Shown piece by piece: positions 8,134-21,498 of a DNA stretch of 64,000 nucleotides. Each line of letters opens with the position of its first letter. Position 1 is the first letter of the stretch. The notes below the pieces were generated by a model that was given only the letters and a program-made list of their open reading frames with translations, was not told the origin of the DNA and did not search any database. The translations under genes were made by a program, and so were the position numbers. The stretch is from assembly GCA_035935465.1 (NCBI GenBank), contig DASYXA010000089.1, positions 9,692 through 73,691 on the forward strand, read 5' to 3'. This DNA is from Candidatus Limnocylindria bacterium (GTDB taxonomy: Bacteria > Chloroflexota > Limnocylindria > P2-11E).

Positions 8134-8790
8134 ATGGTCATCTTCGTGCGTCAGGGCTCCGAGGGCTACTGGCTCGGCGACGTGCCCGCGTTCCCCGGCT
8201 GCAACGCGTCAGGCACGACGCGCGACGAAGCGATCGCCAACACCCGCACGGCGTTCCGGGCGTACCGCGAGCTCCTCGAAGCGCGCGGCGTCTCGACCGA
8301 GCAGGTGAAGGACATCGATCCGGCGACGCTGACGGTCGAGAACGCGCCGCCGTCGGGCATGCTTCCCGGCGACGACAGGCCGCTCGAGGAGCACGAGCTC
8401 CGCGACTTCCTCCATCAGTTCGAGGCATCGCGCGCCGCGCTCATCAGCCTGATGAAGGAGCTCTCGCCCGATCAGCTGGAGCAGAAGCCGACCGAGACGA
8501 TCTGGAGCGTGCGCGAGACGCTCGAGCACATGCTGACGACCGACATCACGCTCCTCGCGCGCCTGGAGAAGTGGCCGGCGAATCCGTTCGCCGCGCTCCA
8601 GGCGGTGCACCGGCTCGCGTTCCAGCGGTTCAGCGTGATGGAGCCCGGCGATTGGGTCGACCACACGATCATGGGCCGCCGCTGGACGACGCGCCGCGTG
8701 ATGCGCCGGCTCCTCGAGCACGAGTACGAGCACTACGGTCAGATCAAGGAGATCATGGCCGCGCAGAGCGGCGACCGGCCGCCTGAGTAG
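8134..8790 (+). CDS. HicB-like (UPF0150) N-terminal domain fused to a DinB_2/YfiT-like metal-dependent hydrolase-like domain
   Basis: N-terminal MVIFVRQGSEGYWLGDVPAFPGCNASGTTRDEAIANTRTAFRAYRE, then C-terminal ...RRLLEHEYEHYGQIKEIM with the HxxxH-GQ DinB motif. ATG at 8134-8136, 5 nt after the ideR stop. An upstream GTG alternative would overlap ideR. Confidence 0.6.
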   Translation: MVIFVRQGSEGYWLGDVPAFPGCNASGTTRDEAIANTRTAFRAYRELLEARGVSTEQVKDIDPATLTVENAPPSGMLPGDDRPLEEHELRDFLHQFEASRAALISLMKELSPDQLEQKPTETIWSVRETLEHMLTTDITLLARLEKWPANPFAALQAVHRLAFQRFSVMEPGDWVDHTIMGRRWTTRRVMRRLLEHEYEHYGQIKEIMAAQSGDRPPE

Positions 8791-9265
8791 CGAGGCCGGC
8801 CCAGTCCTTCGCCCGATCCAGATGCCGTTCGATGAGCCCGCGCTGATCCGCGCGCACATCCGGTAGCGCGTCCAGCGGGAACCACCGGATCTCCGCCACC
8901 TCGGCGGTGAGCGCCTCGGTCCCGGCGACCACGCGGAACGCGAAGACGAGCTCCACCCGTGCCCACCGGAAGCCGGTGATCACCTCGAGGACGGGACCGA
9001 CCTCGATGACGAGCCCGGTCTCCTCCCGGATCTCGCGGGCGAGCGCGTCCTCGACCCGCTCGCGCCGATGGAGAAAGCCGCCGAGGAACCGCCACTGCGG
9101 AGCGCCGAAGCGATGACGGGCGAGGAGGACTCGCCCGCGCGCATCCACGCCGAGCCCGGTGACACCGACGAGGAACCGCTCGTGCGCCGCGGTCATGAAC
9201 CGTCGCTGCCAGCGCACCGGGAACGCATTGAAGACCGGCGCGAGGAGTCGCATCAGCATCGTCAT
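8753..9265 (-). CDS. NUDIX hydrolase
   Basis: Nudix box GGFLHRRERVEDALAREIREETGL. ATG verified at 9263-9265 (MTMLMRLL). The rest of ORF 8753..9649 is Arg-rich overlap. Confidence 0.75.
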   Translation of the reverse strand: MTMLMRLLAPVFNAFPVRWQRRFMTAAHERFLVGVTGLGVDARGRVLLARHRFGAPQWRFLGGFLHRRERVEDALAREIREETGLVIEVGPVLEVITGFRWARVELVFAFRVVAGTEALTAEVAEIRWFPLDALPDVRADQRGLIERHLDRAKDWAGLATQAAGRRSARP

Positions 9266-9280
9266 GAGACTATCGCCGCG

Positions 9281-10846
9281 ATGCGCACCCGCCGCGCCTT
9301 CCTCGCATCGGCGGGCGCGGCGATCATCGGCTGCGCGACGCCCGCGGCCCTCCCCGCTCCGAGCCCGAGCCCGGCGCCGCCCGGCGCGACGCCGACGCCC
9401 CCGCCGGTGCGCACCACGTCGCCGGCACCGGGACCGCCCGACTGGAGCGCGCTCGGCGACGAGCTGCGCGGCACGCTCGTGCGGCCGAACGACGCCGCGT
9501 ACGACGCCGCGCGTCTCCTCTACAACACGCGCTTCGACGGGCTGCGGCCGCAGGCGATCGCGCGCTGCGCGTCGGTCGCCGACGTGCAGGCTTGCGTCCG
9601 CTTCGCGAGGCGCAGCGCGGTCGCGATCACGCCGCGCTCGGGCGGCCACAGCTACGGCGGCTGGTCGAGCGGCCCGGGCCTGGTCGTCGACCTCGGCGGG
9701 CTCTCGGCGATCGACGTCCAGGGCGAGCGCGCCGCCATCGGCGCGGGCGCGCGGCTCGCCGACGCGTACGCGGCCGTCGCCGCGCAGGGCCGCGGCATCG
9801 CCGCCGGCAGCTGCCCGACCGTCGGGTTCGCCGGGCTGTCCCTCGGCGGCGGGCTCGGCGTCCTCTCGCGGGCCTGGGGTCTGACCTGCGACAGCGTCAC
9901 GAGCATCGACCTCGTGACCGCGGACGGGACCGCGCGAACGTGCGACGCGCTGCGCGATCCCGAGCTGTTCTGGGCACTCCGGGGCGGCGGCGGCGGGAAC
10001 TTCGGGGTCGTGACGTCATTCACGCTGCGCACGCGGCCGTCCGTTCCGCTCGCGATCGCGTTCGTGACCTGGCCGTGGGCCCGCGCCGCTGCCATCCTGC
10101 GGGCCTGGCAGTCGTGGATCGCCGCGCTGCCCGACGGGGTCTGGTCGAACGTGCACCTCGACGCGGCGACCGGGCCCGAGCCGACGCTCCTCGTCCACGC
10201 CGTCGCGACCGAGGACGCCGCGGCGCTGCGTTCGCAGCTCGACCGGCTCGTCAGCGCCGCCGGCAGCGCACCGGACAGCCGCACGGCGTTCACCCGCCCC
10301 TATGCCGAGGCGATGCTGCTCGAGGGCGGTTGCGCGCAGCTCTCGCTCGCGCAGTGCCACCTCGAGGGCACGTCGCCGGAGGGCCGGCTGGGGCGCGAGA
10401 CCTACGCCGCGAAATCGGCGATCGCGGCTACGCCGCTCTCGACCGCCGCGATCGACGCGATCGTCGCGGGGCTCGAGGGGCTGCAGGCGTTGCCGAACGC
10501 CGGCGCGGGCTCGGTGCTGATCGACGCGATGGGCGGCGCGATCGCGCGGCACGCACCGGACGCGACGGCGTTCCCGCACCGCAACGCGTTCGCGACGCTC
10601 CAATTCGTGGCCAGCTGGGACGCGGGCGCGCCGGCGGCGATCGCCGACGCGTCGCTCGCCTGGCTGCGGAGCGTCTACGCGACGGCGCGGCCGCTCATCG
10701 GGTCAGGCGCATATGTGAACTACGCCGATCCGGACCTCGCCGACTGGCAGGAGGCCTACTACGGCACGAACTACGCGCGCCTGCAGCGCGTGCGCGCGAT
10801 CTACGACCCCGATCGGCTGTTCGCCTTCCCGCAGGCCGTGGGCTAA
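9281..10846 (+). CDS. Secreted FAD-linked oxidase (PCMH / berberine-bridge-enzyme-like), Tat-signal lipoprotein
   Basis: MRTRRAFLASAGAAIIGCATP has an RR motif and a lipobox. FAD-binding PCMH domain (ITPRSGGHSYGG; BBE-like C-terminus YVNYADPDL). ATG verified at 9281. Confidence 0.8.
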   Translation: MRTRRAFLASAGAAIIGCATPAALPAPSPSPAPPGATPTPPPVRTTSPAPGPPDWSALGDELRGTLVRPNDAAYDAARLLYNTRFDGLRPQAIARCASVADVQACVRFARRSAVAITPRSGGHSYGGWSSGPGLVVDLGGLSAIDVQGERAAIGAGARLADAYAAVAAQGRGIAAGSCPTVGFAGLSLGGGLGVLSRAWGLTCDSVTSIDLVTADGTARTCDALRDPELFWALRGGGGGNFGVVTSFTLRTRPSVPLAIAFVTWPWARAAAILRAWQSWIAALPDGVWSNVHLDAATGPEPTLLVHAVATEDAAALRSQLDRLVSAAGSAPDSRTAFTRPYAEAMLLEGGCAQLSLAQCHLEGTSPEGRLGRETYAAKSAIAATPLSTAAIDAIVAGLEGLQALPNAGAGSVLIDAMGGAIARHAPDATAFPHRNAFATLQFVASWDAGAPAAIADASLAWLRSVYATARPLIGSGAYVNYADPDLADWQEAYYGTNYARLQRVRAIYDPDRLFAFPQAVG

Positions 10847-12006
10847 GGGATCCCCACCGCCACGATGCCGTGGGACCTCGGCACCGCGATCTTCTGCACG
10901 ACCTGCCTCGTGTTCACGTCGATGACGTTCACCATGCCGTCCACGTTCGTGGTGAGGAGGATCCGCCCGCCGAGCGGATCGTACGTCGTGTGGAAGGGCT
11001 GGCTGGCCAGACCCGTGGTCTCGGCCACGATCTTCCTGGCCCGGTAGTCGACCCAGAGGAGCGACGGACCCTTGTGGTCCGAGAGGACCATGATCGACCG
11101 GTCGGGCATGACGTACATACCGTCCTGGTTCTCCTTCATGGTGTGGAACGGGTAGTGATCCGCACCGAGCCGGATCTCCTCCTTCACCGTCAACGTATCG
11201 GGGTCGTAGATCACCATTCGGTCCGAGGGCTTGCCGATGAAACCTGACGAGGACGACCAGATCTCGCTCTGATCGGGCGTGTAGTACGCGTCGTGGACGT
11301 CCTGGACCTTGATCTTCGTGATCCTGCCCGTCGCGAGGTCGTACGCCCGAAGGTGGTCGACCTCGTTGCTGTTGGTCACGGTGAAGAGGAGCAGGTCGGG
11401 ACGCTTCGTCCCGATCGTGAGCACGTGCTGCGGCACGCCCACGATGAGCGGAGCGAGCAGCTTCCACGTGCCGACCTCGATCCGCGCGATGTAGGTGTCG
11501 CGCTCGTGGGCGACGTAGAGGATCTTCGAGTCCGGCGCGAAGGTGATGCCGTGCGGCTGCTTCCCGACCTTGATCCGCACGACCTCCTTCATCGCGAAGG
11601 GATCGATGATCGAGGTCTGGTCGGACAGCCGGTCGTTCACCGCGACCCACCTGCCGTCGGGCGAGACGGCCATCTGATGCGGCAGCTTCCCGACCGGGAT
11701 CTTCGCGACGAGCGCGAACTTCTCCGTCGGCGCGCCCTCGAGGACCCAGACCTGCTCGGTGTTCTCGCTGGCGACGAAGACGCGCAGCCTGCTGTACCGC
11801 GGATCGCTCGGCACGGACGGCGCTGCCACGTCCGCCGCGGGCGGCGCGCTCGCGAGCGCGACATCGGTCGGGCCGACCGCGGGGATCGGCGTCGCGGGCA
11901 GGCCGGCGGCGCCTGACGCGCAGGCGGACATGACGATCGCCACGACGGCGAGCCACACCACTCGTACGGGGCTCGCCGCTGCCGGGCGAAGCCCGGCGCG
12001 GCGCAC
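10843..12006 (-). CDS. YVTN-family beta-propeller repeat lipoprotein
   Basis: Repeated YVxN-like blades (ILYVAH, LLFTVTNS, RILLTTNVDG). The probable GTG start at 12004-12006 gives the signal VRRAGLRPAAASPVRVVWLAVVAIVMSAC. All upstream in-frame Met codons lie inside atpC. Confidence 0.6.
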   Translation of the reverse strand: MRRAGLRPAAASPVRVVWLAVVAIVMSACASGAAGLPATPIPAVGPTDVALASAPPAADVAAPSVPSDPRYSRLRVFVASENTEQVWVLEGAPTEKFALVAKIPVGKLPHQMAVSPDGRWVAVNDRLSDQTSIIDPFAMKEVVRIKVGKQPHGITFAPDSKILYVAHERDTYIARIEVGTWKLLAPLIVGVPQHVLTIGTKRPDLLLFTVTNSNEVDHLRAYDLATGRITKIKVQDVHDAYYTPDQSEIWSSSSGFIGKPSDRMVIYDPDTLTVKEEIRLGADHYPFHTMKENQDGMYVMPDRSIMVLSDHKGPSLLWVDYRARKIVAETTGLASQPFHTTYDPLGGRILLTTNVDGMVNVIDVNTRQVVQKIAVPRSHGIVAVGIP

Positions 12007-12016
12007 GAAGGACGTT

Positions 12017-12429
12017 CTACCCGCCGCGACGACGACGACGTTCGGCGACCCGCAGCCGGACCATCGACCGCTCGAGCGATGCCCGGGCGCGCGCTTCATC
12101 GAGCCCGACCGGACCCGCCTGGAGCGTCTCGCGAGCCCGGGTGCGCGCGGCCTCGGCGCGGGCCTCGTCGATCTCATCCGCCTGCTCGGCCGCTTCGGTG
12201 AGGATCACCACGCGCTCGGGACGGACGTCCATGAACCCGCCGAACACGGCGAACGACGTCTCGACGCCGCCCTTCTTGATGCGGAGCTCGCCGGGCCCGA
12301 GGGTCGAAAGGAGCGGCGCGTGGTGCGGCAGGATGCCGACGTACCCCTCGCTCGCCGGCGCGATCACCATGTCGACGTCGTCGGTCAGGACGGCGCGCTC
12401 GGGCGTGACGATCTCGAGGCGGATCGGCA

Positions 12430-12430
<1 letters not shown>
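12017..12430 (-). CDS. atpC: F1 ATP synthase epsilon subunit
   Basis: MPIRLEIVTPERAVLTDDVDMVIAPASEGYVGILPHHAPLLSTL. Confidence 0.9.
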
Positions 12431-16285
<3,855 letters not shown>

Positions 16286-16296
16286 TTCAACACTCC

Positions 16297-16860
16297 TTAG
16301 CTGCCAGCGAGCTGCACGCGCAGCGCGTTCAGTTGTGCACGCACGCTCGAATCGACCAGGTGATCCCCGAGCTGGATCTGCGCGCCGCCGATGAGCGAGG
16401 TATCGACGGCGAAGGTCGCCTTCAGCGTGTGGCCTGAGCTCTTCTCGAGGCGCTCGATGAAGCTGCGCTGCTGCCGGTCATCGAGCGGGACCGCCGTGGT
16501 GATCTTGGCGGTCACGATGCCCGCGCGCCGGTCGACGAGGTCACCGTACGCGCGCGCGATGTCGGGCAGGAGCGCGATGCGGTCACGTGAACCGAGGAGC
16601 AGCAGCAGCGAGCGGATCGCCCTCGGCTGCCCCGCCGTGACGGCCTCGATGGCCGCGAGCCGCTGCTTCACCGGCACCGCCGGGTCGCGCAGGGACCGGA
16701 TGGCTCGCGGCGAAATGCCCGCGCTGAGGCTGTCGAGCGAGGCGCGGAATGCAGCGACGGCGTTCTCCCCCGTCGCGAGGTCGAGGATCGCCTCGGCGTA
16801 GCGCCGGGCGGCGGACCCGGAGAGCGCCACTAGCTCGATCTCCGGCTTCGCCGGAGACAC
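16297..16860 (-). CDS. atpH: F1 ATP synthase delta subunit (OSCP)
   Basis: 187-aa OSCP-like product placed between atpF and atpA. Confidence 0.85.
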   Translation of the reverse strand: MSPAKPEIELVALSGSAARRYAEAILDLATGENAVAAFRASLDSLSAGISPRAIRSLRDPAVPVKQRLAAIEAVTAGQPRAIRSLLLLLGSRDRIALLPDIARAYGDLVDRRAGIVTAKITTAVPLDDRQQRSFIERLEKSSGHTLKATFAVDTSLIGGAQIQLGDHLVDSSVRAQLNALRVQLAGS

Positions 16861-16918
16861 GCCCCGGGCGGAAGGAGCTCACTCGTCGCGGCAGCGCCGC
16901 TCCGCGTTCGCGTCAACA

Positions 16919-17449
16919 TCAGTTGTCCATCTTCCCGAGCTCGCTGCCGGCCTCGTCGAGCGACCGCTCGATGAGCGTCTGGTGGGTCTTCGCGTCGACC
17001 TCTCTGCCGAGGATCCTGCCGGCCGCGAGGACCGCCAGCGACGCGACCTCCGCGCGCAGCTGGCTGAGCGCCTGCTGATGCAGCCGGTCCGCATCGGCCC
17101 GCGCGCGCTCGCGGAGCCGGTCGCCTTCGGCCTTCGCCTCGGCCCGGATGTCCGCAGCCGCGGCTTCGGCGGCCTTCGTCGCCCGCTCGGCGATCGCGGC
17201 GGCCTCGCGGCGCGCGTCGCCCAGGAGCCCCTCGACCTCGATCCGCATCTGCGCTCGGTCGCGCTTCGCGGCCTCGGCCGTCTCGAGCCCTTCACGGATC
17301 CGGTCCGCGCGGGACTGAAGCGTCTTCTGGATCGGACCCCAGAGGAATCGCTGGAGCAGGAAGAACAGCACGAGGAATTGCACGATCGCGACCAGCACCC
17401 AGTAGGGCTGGACCGTCAATCCGCCTTCGGCGAGGATGCCTGGCTGCAT
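16919..17449 (-). CDS. atpF: Fo ATP synthase b subunit
   Basis: An N-terminal TM helix followed by a long Ala/Glu/Arg-rich coiled coil. Confidence 0.85.
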   Translation of the reverse strand: MQPGILAEGGLTVQPYWVLVAIVQFLVLFFLLQRFLWGPIQKTLQSRADRIREGLETAEAAKRDRAQMRIEVEGLLGDARREAAAIAERATKAAEAAAADIRAEAKAEGDRLRERARADADRLHQQALSQLRAEVASLAVLAAGRILGREVDAKTHQTLIERSLDEAGSELGKMDN

Positions 17450-17674
17450 CTAGACGATCTTCGTCCAGAGCAGGATGCCGAGCACGAACGACAGGATGCC
17501 GAGCCCCTCGGCGAGCGCGGCACCGAGGATCATGTTCGTCCGGATCGCGCCGGCCGCGTCGGGGTTGCGCCCGATCGCCTCGGACGATTTCGCGGTGAGG
17601 ATGCCGATGCCGAGGCCGGGACCGATGACGCCGAGGCCGACGGCGAGGCCGGCGGCGAGACCCTGGAAGTCCAT
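17450..17674 (-). CDS. atpE: Fo ATP synthase c subunit
   Basis: 74-aa hairpin proteolipid with the conserved carboxylate in AALAEGLGI. Confidence 0.9.
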   Translation of the reverse strand: MDFQGLAAGLAVGLGVIGPGLGIGILTAKSSEAIGRNPDAAGAIRTNMILGAALAEGLGILSFVLGILLWTKIV

Positions 17675-17695
17675 TGGATGTCCCCCTGTTGTTAT

Positions 17696-18535
17696 TTAGG
17701 CGGCGATGGGTTCGGGATGCTGCTCTTCGTTGGCGACGCGGTCGGTGTCCCGGTGACTCCCCTCCTCGTGAGATTCGTCGTGCGACTCGATCGCGAGCAC
17801 GAAGTACATGAGCACGAGCAGCGCGAACACGAGGCCCTGCACGAGGCCGATGAACACCTCGAGGCCGACGAACGGGAGCGCGAGTCCGGGCACGAGGAGC
17901 AGCGCGCTCATGACCGTGAGCATGATCTCGCCGCCGAACACGTTGCCCCAGAGCCGAAGGGTCAGCGTGAGCATGCGGAAGATCTCGCTGAACAGCTCGA
18001 TCAGCCCGACCAGGATGAAGATCGCGCCGATGAACGGGCCGTCCTTGAAGCCACTGAAGTTGAACCACCGCTTCACGTAACCGACGCCGAGGTGCCGGAA
18101 CCCTTCGGTCTGATACGCGATCCACGCCGTGAACGCCATCGCGAACGTGATGTGGTAGTCGGCGGTCGGCGAGTGGAGCCACGTGATCTGGCCGACGAAC
18201 GGCACGACCGACAGCCAGTTCGACGTGACGATGAACAGGAACAGGGTGCCGAAGAGCGGCAGGTACTTGATCGCCTTCGGACCGCCGATGCTCACGACGA
18301 AGTCCCCGAGCCCCTGCACGAGCATCTCGGCGACGTTCTGGAGGCCGGTCGGCTGCTCGCGCAGATCCCGCGTCGAAAGGAACGCGAACGCGGAGAGCAG
18401 CGCGATCACGAGCAGCATCGTGAAATGTGCGTTCGTGTAGCTGATCGGCCCGATCGTGAAGATCGGCTCGCCGGTGAGCGAGAAGGCGGTCGGGATGTCC
18501 GGGAACCGGAACCCGTTCGGGAACAGGAAGTCCAT
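17696..18535 (-). CDS. atpB: Fo ATP synthase a subunit
   Basis: TLRLWGNVFGGE has the essential Arg motif. It carries an unusual His/Glu-rich C-terminal tail ESHDESHEEGSHRDTDRVANEEQHPEPIAA. Confidence 0.9.
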   Translation of the reverse strand: MDFLFPNGFRFPDIPTAFSLTGEPIFTIGPISYTNAHFTMLLVIALLSAFAFLSTRDLREQPTGLQNVAEMLVQGLGDFVVSIGGPKAIKYLPLFGTLFLFIVTSNWLSVVPFVGQITWLHSPTADYHITFAMAFTAWIAYQTEGFRHLGVGYVKRWFNFSGFKDGPFIGAIFILVGLIELFSEIFRMLTLTLRLWGNVFGGEIMLTVMSALLLVPGLALPFVGLEVFIGLVQGLVFALLVLMYFVLAIESHDESHEEGSHRDTDRVANEEQHPEPIAA

Positions 18536-18822
18536 TACCGCTCTTCTTCCGCGCGGCGCTCCGCCTCAGCGTCTTCGGCCTGCCACGCCTGTCCGGCCGC
18601 GCGCGCACGCTCGCTCGACGGTGTCACCGGGTTCTCCTCCGCGAATCGCTTGATCAGCAGCGCCACGCCGCCCCCCGCGGCCGCCATCCCCACGAAGATC
18701 AGACCCAAGAGGCCCCACGGAGAGGTACCCAGCGCGGCATCGACCTTCAGACCGAGCCAGGCACCTAACGCGATGGGGACCGCGATTGTGAGTCCGACCT
18801 GGCCCAGGATCGCCGCGTTCAA
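18535..18822 (-). CDS. AtpZ/AtpI-like small membrane protein of the ATP synthase operon
   Basis: (M)NAAILGQVGLTIAVPIALGAWLG is the AtpZ signature. TTG start at 18820-18822. Its stop overlaps the atpB ATG as TAATG. Confidence 0.6.
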   Translation of the reverse strand: MNAAILGQVGLTIAVPIALGAWLGLKVDAALGTSPWGLLGLIFVGMAAAGGGVALLIKRFAEENPVTPSSERARAAGQAWQAEDAEAERRAEEER

Positions 18823-18905
18823 CGCGCTCCACCCGGGGTGCGGAGTGCGGCCAAGGCGACGTCAGTCTATGGGGAAATCGGGCGCCGCGCGAGTCCCGGG
18901 AGGCG

Positions 18906-19862
18906 TCAGAGCCAGCCCTTGCGCCTGAAGTACACCCCCAGCGCCACGGCGGCGACGACGGTGAAGGCGATCGACCCCCAGAAGACCGCCGCCGACTCAT
19001 AGGGGATGAACGCGACGAAGTTCTGGCCGAAGAAGCTGGTCACGACCGTCATGACCAGGAGGATCGTCGCGATGGCGGTGAGCACCTTCATGACCTCGTT
19101 CAGCCGGTTCGAGACGGCCGCGAGGTTCGCGTCGACCACGTTGCTCACGAGGTCGCGGAGCGTGTCGATCTCGTCGGTCACGCGCACGACGTGGTCGTAC
19201 ACGTCCTGGAAGTAGCGGCGCTCCTCGGGCCCGTAGCAGGTGACGTCGCCACGGCTCAGCACCTGCAGGACCTCGCGGCCGGGCGCGACGAGCTTGCGCA
19301 CGCGGAGCAGGTCGCGCTTCAGGAGGAACAGCTCCGCCAGCGACGTGCGGAGCGCCTCGCCGTTCGTGTCCTGGAGGATGAGCCCCTCGAGCACGTCGGC
19401 GCGCTCGCCGTAGTCGTCGATGATCGGGAAGTACCCGTCGACCGTGGTGTCGAGGAGCGCGTGGAGGAGCATCCCGGCGGACGGGATCCGGCCCTCGCGC
19501 CAGCGCTTCTCCACCTCCGCGCGCGCCGGCCATTCGCCGGCGCGGACCGTGACGATCGTGTCGGTGAACGCGAAGATCGAGAAGACCTCGGCCCGGAGCG
19601 CGCCGGGACTCCGCGAGTCGAGCGCGCCGAACGCGATGAAGTAGTAGGTGTCGTACGCATCGGCCTTCGGGCGGTCGTGCCGGTCGCGCGCGTCCTCCAC
19701 GGCCAGTGGGTGGAGCCCGAGCTCCTCGGCGATGAGCGCGAGCTCCCCGTCGTCCGGATGCGCGATGTCGAGCCACGCCGGCGTGCCACGCAGCTCGGAG
19801 AGCTCCGACGGCGGCAGCTCGCGGACACCGTCGGCCCGCTTGACCAGGAGTCGCGCGGTCAT
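18906..19862 (-). CDS. corA: CorA-family divalent cation (Mg2+/Co2+) transporter
   Basis: C-terminal two TM helices with FFGQNF (a GMN-motif variant). ATG verified at 19860-19862 (MTARLLVK). The ORF's upstream GTG start is less likely. Confidence 0.8.
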   Translation of the reverse strand: MTARLLVKRADGVRELPPSELSELRGTPAWLDIAHPDDGELALIAEELGLHPLAVEDARDRHDRPKADAYDTYYFIAFGALDSRSPGALRAEVFSIFAFTDTIVTVRAGEWPARAEVEKRWREGRIPSAGMLLHALLDTTVDGYFPIIDDYGERADVLEGLILQDTNGEALRTSLAELFLLKRDLLRVRKLVAPGREVLQVLSRGDVTCYGPEERRYFQDVYDHVVRVTDEIDTLRDLVSNVVDANLAAVSNRLNEVMKVLTAIATILLVMTVVTSFFGQNFVAFIPYESAAVFWGSIAFTVVAAVALGVYFRRKGWL

Positions 19863-20635
19863 GGCTCGCGCACCGTCCAGAACGAGAGCCACGGCGGCAC
19901 GACGGCGTTGAAGTGATCCCAGCTTCCCGGCGTCGCGCGGGGATCAGGTCGGGTGTCGGCTCCCTCGTCCAGATGCGTGATCCGGAAGCCACTCTCGACG
20001 AGCCCGTTGATCACGGTCTCGAGCGTCTGCCGGAACTCGCGCGCCGGCGGGACCGGTCGCCCGTCGGCGACCCATGCGGCCGTCGGCGTCTCGACGAGCG
20101 CGCCCTGCAGGTAGGGCTGCTTGACGACGTAGCCCTCCCCGTCGAAGTCGCGCTCGTCCACGCCCACGAAGTACGGATTCGCGAGCTGGACGTGGTACAG
20201 GCCGCCCGGTCGGATGACCCGCGCAACCTCGCGGAACACCGCCCGGCGGTCCGGAACGAAATTCAACGAGTACGGTTGCCACACGACATCGAAGGCTGCC
20301 GCGTCGAACACCGAGAGATCGCGCATGTCGCCTTCGATCGTTCGGACCTCGAGCCCGTGGTACGCCGCCGCTTCGCGATCGCGAGCGAGCTGCGCAGCGG
20401 ACAGGTCCAGGACGACGACACTCGCCCCGAGCAGCGCGCATGCGAGCGACTGTTGGCCGCCGCCGCCCGCGAGCACGAGGACCATCCTCCCGGCGAGGGG
20501 ACCGAGACGCGCGCCGGGATCGAGCCGTCGACGTGCGGTGTCCGCGTCGAGATCCAGTGCCGGGCGCGTGAAGACCGCATTCGCCTCGGCGAGCTGACGC
20601 CAGCGCTCACGGTTGAATCTGGCGGTCTCGTCCAC
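19859..20635 (-). CDS. Class I SAM-dependent methyltransferase
   Basis: VLVLAGGGGQ (motif I) ... VLDLSAAQL; 258 aa. ATGA overlap with the corA start. Confidence 0.75.
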   Translation of the reverse strand: MDETARFNRERWRQLAEANAVFTRPALDLDADTARRRLDPGARLGPLAGRMVLVLAGGGGQQSLACALLGASVVVLDLSAAQLARDREAAAYHGLEVRTIEGDMRDLSVFDAAAFDVVWQPYSLNFVPDRRAVFREVARVIRPGGLYHVQLANPYFVGVDERDFDGEGYVVKQPYLQGALVETPTAAWVADGRPVPPAREFRQTLETVINGLVESGFRITHLDEGADTRPDPRATPGSWDHFNAVVPPWLSFWTVREP

Positions 20636-20648
20636 GCCGGGATGGTAG

Positions 20649-21044
20649 TCAGGTGGAGAACCGGCGCACGAGCCTGAGGAGCTCGTCCGCGCGGAACGGC
20701 TTCGCGAGGAACGCCTCGGCGTTGCAGCGGTCGGCCTCGCGCTTCGGGTCGGCCGCAGCGGTCAGGATGACGAGCGGCACGTGACGCAGGCGCGTGCGCA
20801 GCTCGCGCGCGAAGGTCGGGCCGTCGATGCCGGGCATCTGCACGTCGAGGACGATCATCGCCGGGGGCTCCGCCTCGAGCGCGACGAGCGCCTCCGCGCC
20901 GTTGTGCGCCTCGCGCACCCTGAACCCCTCGTCGGTCAGGACGGCGCGCTCGACGGCCAGGATGTCGTTGTCGTCGTCCACGATGAGGATCGGCCGCGCC
21001 CGGCGTTCGATGAGTACCACGCCGACCAGCCATGCAATCGGCAT
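20649..21044 (-). CDS. Single-domain response-regulator receiver (CheY-like)
   Basis: RPILIVDDDNDILAVERAVLTDEGFRV...MIVLDVQMPGIDG...AKPF. ATG verified at 21042-21044. The longer N-terminus given by the ORF track overlaps other frames. Confidence 0.65.
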   Translation of the reverse strand: MPIAWLVGVVLIERRARPILIVDDDNDILAVERAVLTDEGFRVREAHNGAEALVALEAEPPAMIVLDVQMPGIDGPTFARELRTRLRHVPLVILTAAADPKREADRCNAEAFLAKPFRADELLRLVRRFST

Positions 21045-21063
21045 TCCCGCCGATACTGGGCGC

Positions 21064-21498
21064 GTGGCACGGCCCAAGGGTCTCCGGTCCGCCGACGAGA
21101 TCATCCCGCGGCTCGGGGTTCCAAGCGGCCAACCGGCCGTGCGGATCGGCGACATCGCGACGTACGACCGGCCGATCGAGCACCTCGCGGGGCAGCTCGA
21201 CCGGGCCGAGCTCGAGCTCCCGCTGCGCTATCGCGCCGCGCGGTTCGGCCTGTGCCTGTGCTTCGCCCTCGAGCCGGTCGGCGCGAACGCGCTCGCGGCC
21301 GAGCTGGCGCGGATCACGAGCACCGAGGGCGCGATCTGGATCGTGGTGTGGAAGAAGGCGTTCCTGCGGTCCGGCCTGCTCTCGTGGGACGACGTGCAGG
21401 CCGCGATGCTCCCGACCGGATGGGTGGACAACAAGATCCTGAGCTTCGGCGACGAGGTGTACGCGACGCGGTACGTGAAGCGGCTAGCGCTTCGGTAA
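21064..21498 (+). CDS. DUF3052-like small conserved actinobacterial protein
   Basis: The C-terminal 145 aa of ORF 20794..21498 look protein-like (RFGLCLCFALEPVGANALAAELARITSTEGAIWIVVWKKAFLRSG...). GTG at 21064 is the first start clear of the divergent receiver gene. The family assignment is tentative. Confidence 0.45.
   Translation: MARPKGLRSADEIIPRLGVPSGQPAVRIGDIATYDRPIEHLAGQLDRAELELPLRYRAARFGLCLCFALEPVGANALAAELARITSTEGAIWIVVWKKAFLRSGLLSWDDVQAAMLPTGWVDNKILSFGDEVYATRYVKRLALR

Noticed and set aside
8209-8859. 216-aa minus-strand ORF overlapping the HicB–DinB gene
   Set aside because: Antisense junk (Arg/Leu-rich).
18823-18905. atp operon promoter, or TTG start for AtpZ with an adjacent GGTGGAG
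   Set aside because: The Shine-Dalgarno abuts the TTG with no spacing. A TAGACT -10-like hexamer is present but too weak to call a promoter. The AtpZ start therefore remains uncertain.
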